Origin: Bdellovibrionota bacterium
Lineage (GTDB): Bacteria; Bdellovibrionota_C; UBA2361; JBIKUX01
Assembly (NCBI GenBank): GCA_044347345.1
Contig: JBIKUX010000014.1
Span: 1 to 64,000 of the forward strand
DNA length: 64,000 nucleotides
Direction of reading: 5' to 3'
In this document: positions 49,547-58,096 of the stretch, piece by piece
Layout of the letters: every line of letters begins with the position of its first letter
How positions within the stretch are numbered: position 1 is the first letter of the stretch
Notes under the pieces: model-generated
What the model saw: the letters and a program-made list of their open reading frames with translations, nothing else
What the model was told of the DNA's origin: nothing
The model's database searches: none
Program-made: the position numbers and the translations under genes

Positions 49547-51001
49547 ATGTCATCATCAACTAGTGACCGTCCTCTTAAGGACTTTCTAGAAATTCCTTAC
49601 GCAACTCTCGAAGAAAAAAACCTTTTAGCCAAAGAAAAGCTAAAGAATCGAACTAATCCAGGTACACTTCAGGAAGATGTAATTAAAGAGCTGACTGATT
49701 GTAAAAATCTAAAAGCTGTAACCGTTTGCTTTTCAGATATTGAAGGGCGGTTTCACATGCTTGATTACGATAAAAAATTTCTTTTAAAATCTTTTGACAA
49801 TCTAACTTTTGACGGCTCTTCCGTTCGAGGCTTTACAGCAGTTAGTCAATCAGACCTTCGATTAGAAGTAGATTGGGGCTCTATTAGATGGCTACCAGCC
49901 GATGTGTTTGGACCAGGAAAAGTTATCGTATTTGCTTTTATTAAAGATCGCGATGGTTCACCTTATACATCTGATTTCCGAGGACGACTTAAAGAGCTTT
50001 TAGACTCTATTTATAATTCAAATAGATACTCAGTTAACTTAGCTGTTGAATGTGAAGGTTTTGTTTTTAAAGGAAGAAATGCCGAACAAGATTATACTTC
50101 TCGTGCAGGGTTTGAACTTGTTTCCACTGGAGGATATTTTCACTCTCTTCCAAACGATCCACTAAGACTTTTCATGGACAAACTTGCAGAAGCACAAAGA
50201 GCTCTGGCGTTTGAAAATGAAAAAGATCATCCAGAAGTCGCACCATCGCAATTCGAACTCAACTATACATACTGTGACGCGCTACTAGCAGCTGACTTGG
50301 TGCAACTTTATAAACTAACCGCTAGACAAGTTGCCGCTAACTTAGGACTTACCGCTTCGTTTCTACCAAAACCTATAGCTGGTATAAATGGCAGTGGTAT
50401 GCATACAAATATTTCTATTTCAAAAGATTCTAAAAATCTCTTTTACGATGAAAGAGGAGAAGAAAATCTTTCACAATTTGCATGGGAGTTTATAGATCGC
50501 ATTCTAAACAACGCTAATGATATCTGTTTGGTTTTAAATTCCAGTGTAAATTCTTACCGTCGGTTAGATCCTGCATTTGAAGCCCCAAATCAGATTAAAT
50601 CATCTGCGGTTGATAGAACTTCCATGATTCGAATACCATTAGGAAACGCAAAATCTTCTAGGATTGAAGTACGTACAGTTGCACCTGATGTAAATCCTTA
50701 TTTAGCCTTTTTTGCTATATTACAAACTGGTCTAAATGGACCAATGCGAGAATCTATTTCGGCGGAAGAGCGAAAGACTCGTACAAAATACCTTCCAGGT
50801 AATATTTATGACTCTATAAGGTATTTCAAACAAAGTACGTTTATTAGTGAGCTTTTTGGTGAAGAGTCAAAAGAAAAATTTATAAATAGAAAAATTTATT
50901 CTGCTCATCGATGTCCTCGTGAATTAGGTAAACTAGTAAAAACAGAAGAAGTGCTATTTCATCATGAAGTGGTAAATCAGTTTATCGACAGTAAATTCTA
51001 A
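49547..51001 (+). CDS. glnA: Glutamine synthetase type I family protein
   Basis: FDGSSVRGF, HPEVAPSQFE, FLPKPIAGINGSGMHTN, NSYRRL, RIEVR. Confidence 0.9.
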   Translation: MSSSTSDRPLKDFLEIPYATLEEKNLLAKEKLKNRTNPGTLQEDVIKELTDCKNLKAVTVCFSDIEGRFHMLDYDKKFLLKSFDNLTFDGSSVRGFTAVSQSDLRLEVDWGSIRWLPADVFGPGKVIVFAFIKDRDGSPYTSDFRGRLKELLDSIYNSNRYSVNLAVECEGFVFKGRNAEQDYTSRAGFELVSTGGYFHSLPNDPLRLFMDKLAEAQRALAFENEKDHPEVAPSQFELNYTYCDALLAADLVQLYKLTARQVAANLGLTASFLPKPIAGINGSGMHTNISISKDSKNLFYDERGEENLSQFAWEFIDRILNNANDICLVLNSSVNSYRRLDPAFEAPNQIKSSAVDRTSMIRIPLGNAKSSRIEVRTVAPDVNPYLAFFAILQTGLNGPMRESISAEERKTRTKYLPGNIYDSIRYFKQSTFISELFGEESKEKFINRKIYSAHRCPRELGKLVKTEEVLFHHEVVNQFIDSKF

Positions 51002-51017
51002 GGTGGGTTAACTGTAC

Positions 51018-51057
51018 CTTAGTCAATCCTTCCACAGTAGTGGAAGGATTGACTAAG
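51018..51057. terminator. Perfect 18-bp stem-loop between convergent glnA and topA
   Basis: CTTAGTCAATCCTTCCAC-AGTA-GTGGAAGGATTGACTAAG. Confidence 0.8.
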
Positions 51058-51082
51058 CAATAAACTCTTTTTGAAAAATAAA

Positions 51083-53743
51083 CTACTTGGTTTTTGGAGA
51101 GCGTTTGGATTTCGCTCTTCCTGATGATTTTCGTGATCTAGGTATTACCTCTTCGCTTGCAATTTTAGCAGCTCGAGCATCAAGTAAGCTAATAGCTTCT
51201 CCAATTGAAAGCTCCTCAGGGGTAGTTCCTCTAGGAAGAGAGGCGTTAATAACCCCATCTGTGACGTAGGGGCCAAACCTGCCCTGTTTTACTATAAGGT
51301 CTTTTTTAGTTTCTGGATGTAATCCAAGGTTTCTCAGTTGCGTGGTTGAAGTAGCTCCTCCTGCATTACGCCCTCTTATTTTTGGAGCTCTGAGCAACTC
51401 GATTGCCTGCTCTTGAGTAATACTTAAAGGCGATAAGTCTCCTACTCCGGTTATGGTACGAGTTACTGATCCGGCTTTAACATAAGGACCATATCTACCA
51501 TTATGAACTTCTATTTGAGCACCATTATCGGGAAACAAACCTATTGTTTTCGGTAAACTAAGTAGTTTGACCGCTATATCTAGTGTAACTGACTCGGGCT
51601 TCATACCGGCCAATAACGAGGCCATCTTTGGCTTCTCTTGTTCTCCTGCGACTACTTCTCCCTCTTGAACATAAGGACCAAATCTACCTACCTTTAAATA
51701 AACCGCTTTACCAGAGCTCGGGTGAATTCCTAGGCTTTCTGGTCCTCTTTTTGCTTCTTCGAGTAAACTTTTAGCTCTATCAAGATTGAGTTCATCGGGT
51801 GGTAGCTCATTAGGCAAACTTGCTCTAGTTTCACCATCTGTTAAAAAAGGTCCGTATCTTCCAATCCTGACTTCAATACTTCGTCCATCTAAACAAGTTC
51901 CAAGGGAAATACCACAAACTTCTCTAGGGTCAATAATTTCCTCTCCACGTCTCACCAATCCGGCTAGTCCAGGACGACCTCCAGAATAGAAATCGGTTAA
52001 ATAAAGTAAATTATCAGCTTCACCTCTGGATATTTTATCAAGGTCTTCCTCTAAATTAGCGGTATATTCATAGTCAACAACATTTGCGAAATATCTGCTC
52101 ATTAATTTAGAAAGAGCTAATGCCAAGAAAGTTGGAACAAGTGCTGTACCCTTTTTAAAGGCATAGGTTCTCTGCATAACCACATCAACAATAGTTGCCC
52201 AAGTACTTGGACGACCAATACCCAAGGCTTCTAGTTGCTTTATTAAAGTCCCCTCACTATACCGAGCAGGTGGTTGAGTCTCGTGACCATGCGTTGATAT
52301 TTCACAAATATCAATTCTTTGCCCAACTTTTAATGGTGGTAAAATCTTCTCTTTATCGGCTAACTCAGCCTCAGGGTCATCAGCACCCTCCACATAAGCT
52401 CTAAGGTACCCTGGAAAAGAAATAGTTCTACCAGATGCACGAAATCTTGCTGTTCCCACTGATATCCCGACAATAACTCGCATACCAGTTGCATCTTTCA
52501 TCTGACATGCAATGGCTCGCTTCCAAATCAGCTCATACAGTCTAGCGCTCTCAGCACCTAACTTTGTCCGCACTTCGTCAGGGTGAGAAAAAGAACTACC
52601 CGCCGGACGAATTGCCTCATGAGCTTCCTGAGCATTTTTTACCTTAGTTCGATAAATCCGAGGCTCTGATGGTAAATATTGAGCTCCAAACTCTTGCTTT
52701 ATAAGAGCACGAGACGCAGCTATCGCCTCCTCAGAAAGATTGGTTGAGTCAGTACGCATATAAGTAATAAAGCCATTTTCATACAACGATTGCGCTACTT
52801 GCATAGTACGCTTGGCTGTATAGTAAAGCTTACGTCCAGCATCTTGCTGTAGAGTACTAGTTGTAAAAGGAGGAGGAGGCTTCTGCGTAAATGGCTTCTC
52901 TTCAATCTCAGAAACAATAGCATTTTGCGTTAATAATGCTTTCTTTAATTCCTCTGCTCCGATTTGATCTAAAAGAAGAACATCCGAAACATTTTGGAAA
53001 AGAGCTCCAGTTTTAGGATCGAAATCTCGACCAGAAGCTATGCGTTTACTATCAATATGAGTCAGTTCAGCTTCAAAACATTCGGCCTCATCCTTGTTTT
53101 TTAAATTAGTTGAAAATATTCCTTTTAAATCCCAATATTTTCCTGAACGGAAGCTCATCCGTTCTGCCTCTCGCTCGGCTAAAAGACGCATAGCAACACT
53201 CTGCACTCGACCAGCACTGAGACGAGGTGCCATTTTTTTCCATAACAGTGGGCTTACTGTGTATCCAAATAAACGATCAATTATACGACGAGTTTCTTGA
53301 GCTTTTACCAGATTTTGATCAATAGAACGTGGTGCTTTCAGAGCTGAATCAATAGCACTTTTGGTAATCTCATGAAAAACCAAACGTTTCACTGGAACTT
53401 TAGGTTTAAGAACCTCTAAAAGATGCCAGCTTATAGATTCTCCCTCTCGATCTTCATCAGTTGCCAAATATATACTGTCAACTTCTCTAACAAGTTTTTT
53501 TAGCTCTACTACACGCTTCTTTTTTTCTTCAGGAATAATGTAAAGGGGCTCAAAATTTGCATCAATATTAATACCCAGCCGAGCCCACTTTTCTTTTTTT
53601 ACCTCTACTGGAATCTCAGATGCATTATTTGGAAGATCGCGCACATGACCATACGAGGCGATTATCTCAAATTCTTTTCCCAAGAACTTACTGATAGTTT
53701 TCGCTTTCGTAGGCGACTCGACAATAATAAGAGACTTCGACAT
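51083..53743 (-). CDS. topA: DNA topoisomerase I with C-terminal GRYGPY-type repeats (no Zn ribbons)
   Basis: IVESPTKAKTI, ATDEDREGE, SAGRVQS, ITYMRTDS, GIGRPST; four GR(Y/F)GP(Y/F) repeats. Confidence 0.98.
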   Translation of the reverse strand: MSKSLIIVESPTKAKTISKFLGKEFEIIASYGHVRDLPNNASEIPVEVKKEKWARLGINIDANFEPLYIIPEEKKKRVVELKKLVREVDSIYLATDEDREGESISWHLLEVLKPKVPVKRLVFHEITKSAIDSALKAPRSIDQNLVKAQETRRIIDRLFGYTVSPLLWKKMAPRLSAGRVQSVAMRLLAEREAERMSFRSGKYWDLKGIFSTNLKNKDEAECFEAELTHIDSKRIASGRDFDPKTGALFQNVSDVLLLDQIGAEELKKALLTQNAIVSEIEEKPFTQKPPPPFTTSTLQQDAGRKLYYTAKRTMQVAQSLYENGFITYMRTDSTNLSEEAIAASRALIKQEFGAQYLPSEPRIYRTKVKNAQEAHEAIRPAGSSFSHPDEVRTKLGAESARLYELIWKRAIACQMKDATGMRVIVGISVGTARFRASGRTISFPGYLRAYVEGADDPEAELADKEKILPPLKVGQRIDICEISTHGHETQPPARYSEGTLIKQLEALGIGRPSTWATIVDVVMQRTYAFKKGTALVPTFLALALSKLMSRYFANVVDYEYTANLEEDLDKISRGEADNLLYLTDFYSGGRPGLAGLVRRGEEIIDPREVCGISLGTCLDGRSIEVRIGRYGPFLTDGETRASLPNELPPDELNLDRAKSLLEEAKRGPESLGIHPSSGKAVYLKVGRFGPYVQEGEVVAGEQEKPKMASLLAGMKPESVTLDIAVKLLSLPKTIGLFPDNGAQIEVHNGRYGPYVKAGSVTRTITGVGDLSPLSITQEQAIELLRAPKIRGRNAGGATSTTQLRNLGLHPETKKDLIVKQGRFGPYVTDGVINASLPRGTTPEELSIGEAISLLDARAAKIASEEVIPRSRKSSGRAKSKRSPKTK

Positions 53744-53803
53744 ATAACTTTTTATAACCTAAGCTTTCTCCAATCAAGCTTGCGATGGAGCGTATCGCAT
53801 AGA

Positions 53804-55723
53804 TTAAGCTGAGAGGCAACCTTCTTTTATCTGCTCCTTCACTTCTTTTTTTTCTCCCTTAGCCAGCATCTTGTGCTTTTTCAGATGTATAGCAACTAAA
53901 GAAAGTGCGCCAGCTGGTATTCCAGGTATCCGTTTAGCCTGAGCTAATGACGTAGGCCGATATGCTTTTAACTTTTGTAGAGCTTCGGTTCTCAGACTCG
54001 GTATTGAATCAAAAGAGAAATCTGAAGGTATCTCCTCATTCTCAATCTTTTTAATTCTATCAATATCTTCTTGTTGCCGACCTAAATAACCACTAAACTT
54101 CAGTTCTGTTTCTAAAGAAGTACTTATATCTTGTTCAAGAGTAAAAGGTGAGGGGAAATAATTAAGGACATCACTCAAGCGTAACTCAGGGCGACGAACT
54201 AAAACAGCTAGTGCAATGCTATCTTTTAATTCAGCACTATTTTTTGATTTTAGCCAATCGTTTGTCGTAGCAGTCGGTTTTGCACGAGTAGTCTCTAAAA
54301 ATTCTCGACCTCGAGCTAACGCCACTTCTCGCGCCTCATATTTACGTTGTTGCGATTCGGAAAGAAGGCCGACTTTCTTGGCTCTAGGGCAGAGTCGCTC
54401 ACATGCATTATCCTCACGTAAAGTAAGTCTAAACTCTGCGCGCGATGTAAACATTCGATATGGCTCATCTACGCCAAGAGTCACTAGATCATCAATCATC
54501 ACCCCAAGATACCCTTCACATCTCGATATAACAAAGGGCTCTCTTTCAAGACATCGATGAGCTGCATTTATGCCAGCCATTATGCCCTGCCCAGCCGCTT
54601 CCTCGTATCCTGAAGTACCATTTATTTGGCCTGCAAAAAAGAGTCCTTGTATATCCTTACTCTCAAGACAGTGAGTTAGATACCTTGGGTCTATACAATC
54701 ATACTCAACTGCATAACCTGCCTGTACAATCTGTGCGGATTCAAGACCACGAATTAAATGAATCATCTCTTGCTGAACATCCAACGGTAAGCTCGTTGAA
54801 ATGCCATTAGGATAAACTAGATCTGATAAATAACCCTCTGGTTCGAGAAATATCGTATGACTCTCACGATCAGGAAAGCGAAAGACTTTATCTTCAATGG
54901 AAGGACAATATCTCGGTCCACCGGAGGTAATTTGGCCATTAAACATCGGACTTCTGCTCTTATTTGCCTCAATAAGAGCATGAACAGAAGAATTAGTCTT
55001 TGTAAGCCAACATGGTAATTGAGACTGAGTAATTCTATCAGTCATCATGGAAAAAGGTCGCGGAGGCATTTCTCCTGGTTGCTCGTCTAATAGATCGTAG
55101 TTTATTGACTTACGATGAATTCTAGGAGGAGTTCCTGTTTTAAGTCGCCCTAATACAAACCCTAGCGACCGTAAAGAATCACTCAATTTATTGCTTGACA
55201 AATCACCTCGACGACCGCCAATAGTTTGCTCTGCACCGGTATGCATCAATCCACGAAGAAAAGTTCCAGTAGTAAGCACAACGGCATCAGCGGCCATAAA
55301 ACTACCATCTTTCAGGAAAATCCCTAAGATGCGATCTTTCTCTACATGTAAACTAGCAACTTCGCCTTCTACCACTGAAATATTAGGATTGCTACTCAGT
55401 AAATTCTGTATCGCTTTTGGGTAAAGGTCTCTATCAGCTTGAGCTCTGGATGCATGAACTGCTGGTCCTTTACTGGTATTAAGAGTGCGAAACTGAATGC
55501 CAGCTACATCGATAGCTCGCGCCATCAATCCTCCCAAGGCATCTATCTCTTTCACAAGATGACCCTTACCAAGACCCCCAATGGCCGGATTGCATGACAT
55601 TTGTCCTATTGCATCTCTACGTAAGGAAACAAGCGTTGTCTTAACTCCAAGTCTAGCTGCTGCATAAGCTGCTTCAACACCGGCATGTCCACCACCGATA
55701 ACTATTAAATGAATGGCTGTCAT
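53804..55723 (-). CDS. mnmG: tRNA uridine-5-carboxymethylaminomethyl modification enzyme MnmG (GidA)
   Basis: GGGHAGVEAA, MSCNPAIGG, RLKTGTPPR, GPRYCPSIEDK, AGQINGTSGYEEAAGQG. Confidence 0.99.
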   Translation of the reverse strand: MTAIHLIVIGGGHAGVEAAYAAARLGVKTTLVSLRRDAIGQMSCNPAIGGLGKGHLVKEIDALGGLMARAIDVAGIQFRTLNTSKGPAVHASRAQADRDLYPKAIQNLLSSNPNISVVEGEVASLHVEKDRILGIFLKDGSFMAADAVVLTTGTFLRGLMHTGAEQTIGGRRGDLSSNKLSDSLRSLGFVLGRLKTGTPPRIHRKSINYDLLDEQPGEMPPRPFSMMTDRITQSQLPCWLTKTNSSVHALIEANKSRSPMFNGQITSGGPRYCPSIEDKVFRFPDRESHTIFLEPEGYLSDLVYPNGISTSLPLDVQQEMIHLIRGLESAQIVQAGYAVEYDCIDPRYLTHCLESKDIQGLFFAGQINGTSGYEEAAGQGIMAGINAAHRCLEREPFVISRCEGYLGVMIDDLVTLGVDEPYRMFTSRAEFRLTLREDNACERLCPRAKKVGLLSESQQRKYEAREVALARGREFLETTRAKPTATTNDWLKSKNSAELKDSIALAVLVRRPELRLSDVLNYFPSPFTLEQDISTSLETELKFSGYLGRQQEDIDRIKKIENEEIPSDFSFDSIPSLRTEALQKLKAYRPTSLAQAKRIPGIPAGALSLVAIHLKKHKMLAKGEKKEVKEQIKEGCLSA

Positions 55724-55763
55724 ACTTTACTTACCTGACTACTTTTAAACGATTAAATCTTCT

Positions 55764-56825
55764 TTAAGCCGGCTCTTGTTGAGAAAGACAATGAAGTGTA
55801 CCACCACCATACAGAAATGGAGTTGAGTAAACAGTTTCTACTTTTTTATCAGGAAAATTGTGTTCAAAAATTCTGATAGCTTCCTCATCCTGAGGAACAT
55901 TAAAAGTAGGTACTATTACTGCACCGTCAACAAAACAAAAATTTGCGTAGGATGCTGGTACTATCTCGCCGTTAAGACGCACTACATCAGGGAAAGGAAG
56001 TTCGATTACTTCAATATGAGATCCACTTGCATCCCGAGCTAACGAAAGACGTCGTAAATTATCTTGTGAGGACGCATAATTAACATGCTCAGGATTATGT
56101 GACACTGATAGAAATACAGCACCCGGCCGGATAAATCGAGCGATATCATCAATGTGGCCATGAGTATCATCACCGACAGCTCCTTGTCCAAGCCAAATAA
56201 CTTGTTGAATACCAAGCCATCTAGCAAAGATTGCCTCATACTCTTCCCGAGTAGCTCCGGAATTTCGCTCTTGTATATGGCTTAATAAACACTCTTCAGT
56301 AACCATCAAAGTTCCAGCACCATCCGTCTCTATAGCCCCACCCTCACAAACAAAGCCCGTAATCCCATCTTGTCTAACAGGGCAAATAACTGGCACACCT
56401 GAATGAGACGCTACTAAGCTTCCAATAGTAGAATCTCCTGATCCTACCGCAAACCTGCTCCAACCTGAAAAAGTCCAGTGCAAAGCTTTTCGCTCGCTTT
56501 TATGGCTAGTTTTTACCCAAGTAGGCCCAGTATCTCGCAAAAAAGGTTCTGAAAAATTTGCTGGAATGAATAAGCATCGTTCCAGAGAGACTCCTATTTT
56601 ATCTAGGATTGACTGATACCATAAAGTCGGTGATCCAGCTTCAGGAATGAGAATCTTAACAGTCTCGTAGCGACTAAGAGCCGCAATAAAAGACAAGTAT
56701 GAAACTTGTATTTCTAGTTGAATATCGAGTCTATTGTATTCACTGGAAGAAAAATTCCATGCAAGCCAAGTAGCTAGATGTGGTTCCCATTCAGCTGGAA
56801 AACGAAATTTTGATGTATTGTCCAT
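55764..56825 (-). CDS. aguA: Agmatine deiminase (PPAD family)
   Basis: FPAEWEPH, RDTGP, EGGAIETDGAGT, DDTHGHIDD, ASYAN, GGGTLHCLSQQEP. Confidence 0.94.
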   Translation of the reverse strand: MDNTSKFRFPAEWEPHLATWLAWNFSSSEYNRLDIQLEIQVSYLSFIAALSRYETVKILIPEAGSPTLWYQSILDKIGVSLERCLFIPANFSEPFLRDTGPTWVKTSHKSERKALHWTFSGWSRFAVGSGDSTIGSLVASHSGVPVICPVRQDGITGFVCEGGAIETDGAGTLMVTEECLLSHIQERNSGATREEYEAIFARWLGIQQVIWLGQGAVGDDTHGHIDDIARFIRPGAVFLSVSHNPEHVNYASSQDNLRRLSLARDASGSHIEVIELPFPDVVRLNGEIVPASYANFCFVDGAVIVPTFNVPQDEEAIRIFEHNFPDKKVETVYSTPFLYGGGTLHCLSQQEPA

Positions 56826-56927
56826 ACCATACTCCTATTTTTCATAACATATTTGACTAACACCAAACGATATGAAGACAATTTCCAATTGAACTCCGAG
56901 GCCGTGCAGTTTAAAAAAGCTGGGTTG

Positions 56928-57030
56928 CTATGACTACACCACTATGACCACATCACTTTATGACCACATCACCTGACAGCAATACATCTAGCAATACATC
57001 TGACAGTAGTACATCAAACAGTAGTACACT
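56928..57030 (+). repeat. Cluster of degenerate 12-16-bp tandem duplications over the aguB start
   Basis: (C)TATGAC(T/C)ACA(C/T)CA x3, then AGCAATACATCT x2 and ACAGTAGTACA x2. Confidence 0.85.
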
Positions 57031-57934
57031 TAACTGTATTACCATCGCAGTGATACAGATGAAGATGAGCAATTCACCTGATGAAAACCTTTATAAAGCT
57101 ATCAAGCTTATTAAAGAAGGTATATCTCGCGGAGCTCAAATTTTGTGTCTTCCAGAATTATTTCGGTCACCGTATTTTTGTACTGAATCCACTTATACTT
57201 TTTCAGGCTATACTGTTTCAGGTATTTGTGCTGAAACAAATAAAAATAGTGCTGCATCTCATTACGGAGAATCTTTACCAGGAGCGGTGCTTCCGCCTCT
57301 TTGCGACCTAGCTCGAGCTCATAAGATAGTTATTGTAGCAGGCTCAGTATATGAGCACGATAGCTCCACCAATTGTTATTACAACACCTCTGCGGTAATT
57401 GACACTAATGGAGAAATTAAAGGTATTTACCGAAAGAGTCACATCCCTCATGACCTCGGTTTTTATGAAAAGGATTATTTCACTCCTGGCACAAATGACT
57501 TCAAACCCGTCCAAACTAGTTTTGGTAAAATAGGAGTACTTATATGCTTTGACCAGTGGTTTCCTGAAGCAGCCAGAGCTCTTGCACTTCAGGGAGCTGA
57601 ATACATTTTTTACCCTACCGCTATAGGGTCTGTGTTAGAAGATCCGCAAAAGGAAGGTAGCTGGCACGATGCTTGGGAGACGATTCAGAGAGGTCATTCC
57701 ATAGCAAATTCTATAGTAGTAGCAGCAGCAAATAGAATAGGAATAGAGGGACACTCAACTTTTTGGGGGGGCTCATTTATCACCAACCATTTTGGAGTTG
57801 TAGTAGCTAAAGCCAGTGCAAGCGAAGAGGTAATACTTGCCAAGATTGACCGTGCTGAACAAGCACGCCTTCGGGCAGAGTGGGGATTTTTATCAGCACG
57901 TAGGCCAGAACTCTACAAAACGCTCTACAAATAA
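56960..57934 (+). CDS. aguB: N-carbamoylputrescine amidase (nitrilase family)
   Basis: E-K-C triad (LPELF, YRKSHIP, ICFDQWFPEAAR), YPTAIG, QRGHSIAN; adjacent to agmatine deiminase. Confidence 0.9.
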   Translation: MTTSPDSNTSSNTSDSSTSNSSTLNCITIAVIQMKMSNSPDENLYKAIKLIKEGISRGAQILCLPELFRSPYFCTESTYTFSGYTVSGICAETNKNSAASHYGESLPGAVLPPLCDLARAHKIVIVAGSVYEHDSSTNCYYNTSAVIDTNGEIKGIYRKSHIPHDLGFYEKDYFTPGTNDFKPVQTSFGKIGVLICFDQWFPEAARALALQGAEYIFYPTAIGSVLEDPQKEGSWHDAWETIQRGHSIANSIVVAAANRIGIEGHSTFWGGSFITNHFGVVVAKASASEEVILAKIDRAEQARLRAEWGFLSARRPELYKTLYK

Positions 57935-58096
57935 TTTCCAATTATTAAAATCTTAGCAATGTTTGACAAAAATATGTCGATATTAGGATGATTTGAAGAA
58001 GCTAAGAATAATTATCAAAAAATCGGAATGTGTCGTCATTTTATAAACTTTAAAAAATCCTTTCTGAAATTAAATAATTTTTTATTCGAAAGAGGT

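Noticed and set aside
57963-57989. TTGACA..TAGGAT sigma70 promoter before the secreted protein
   Set aside because: The spacer is only 15 bp; plausible but not supportable from sequence alone.
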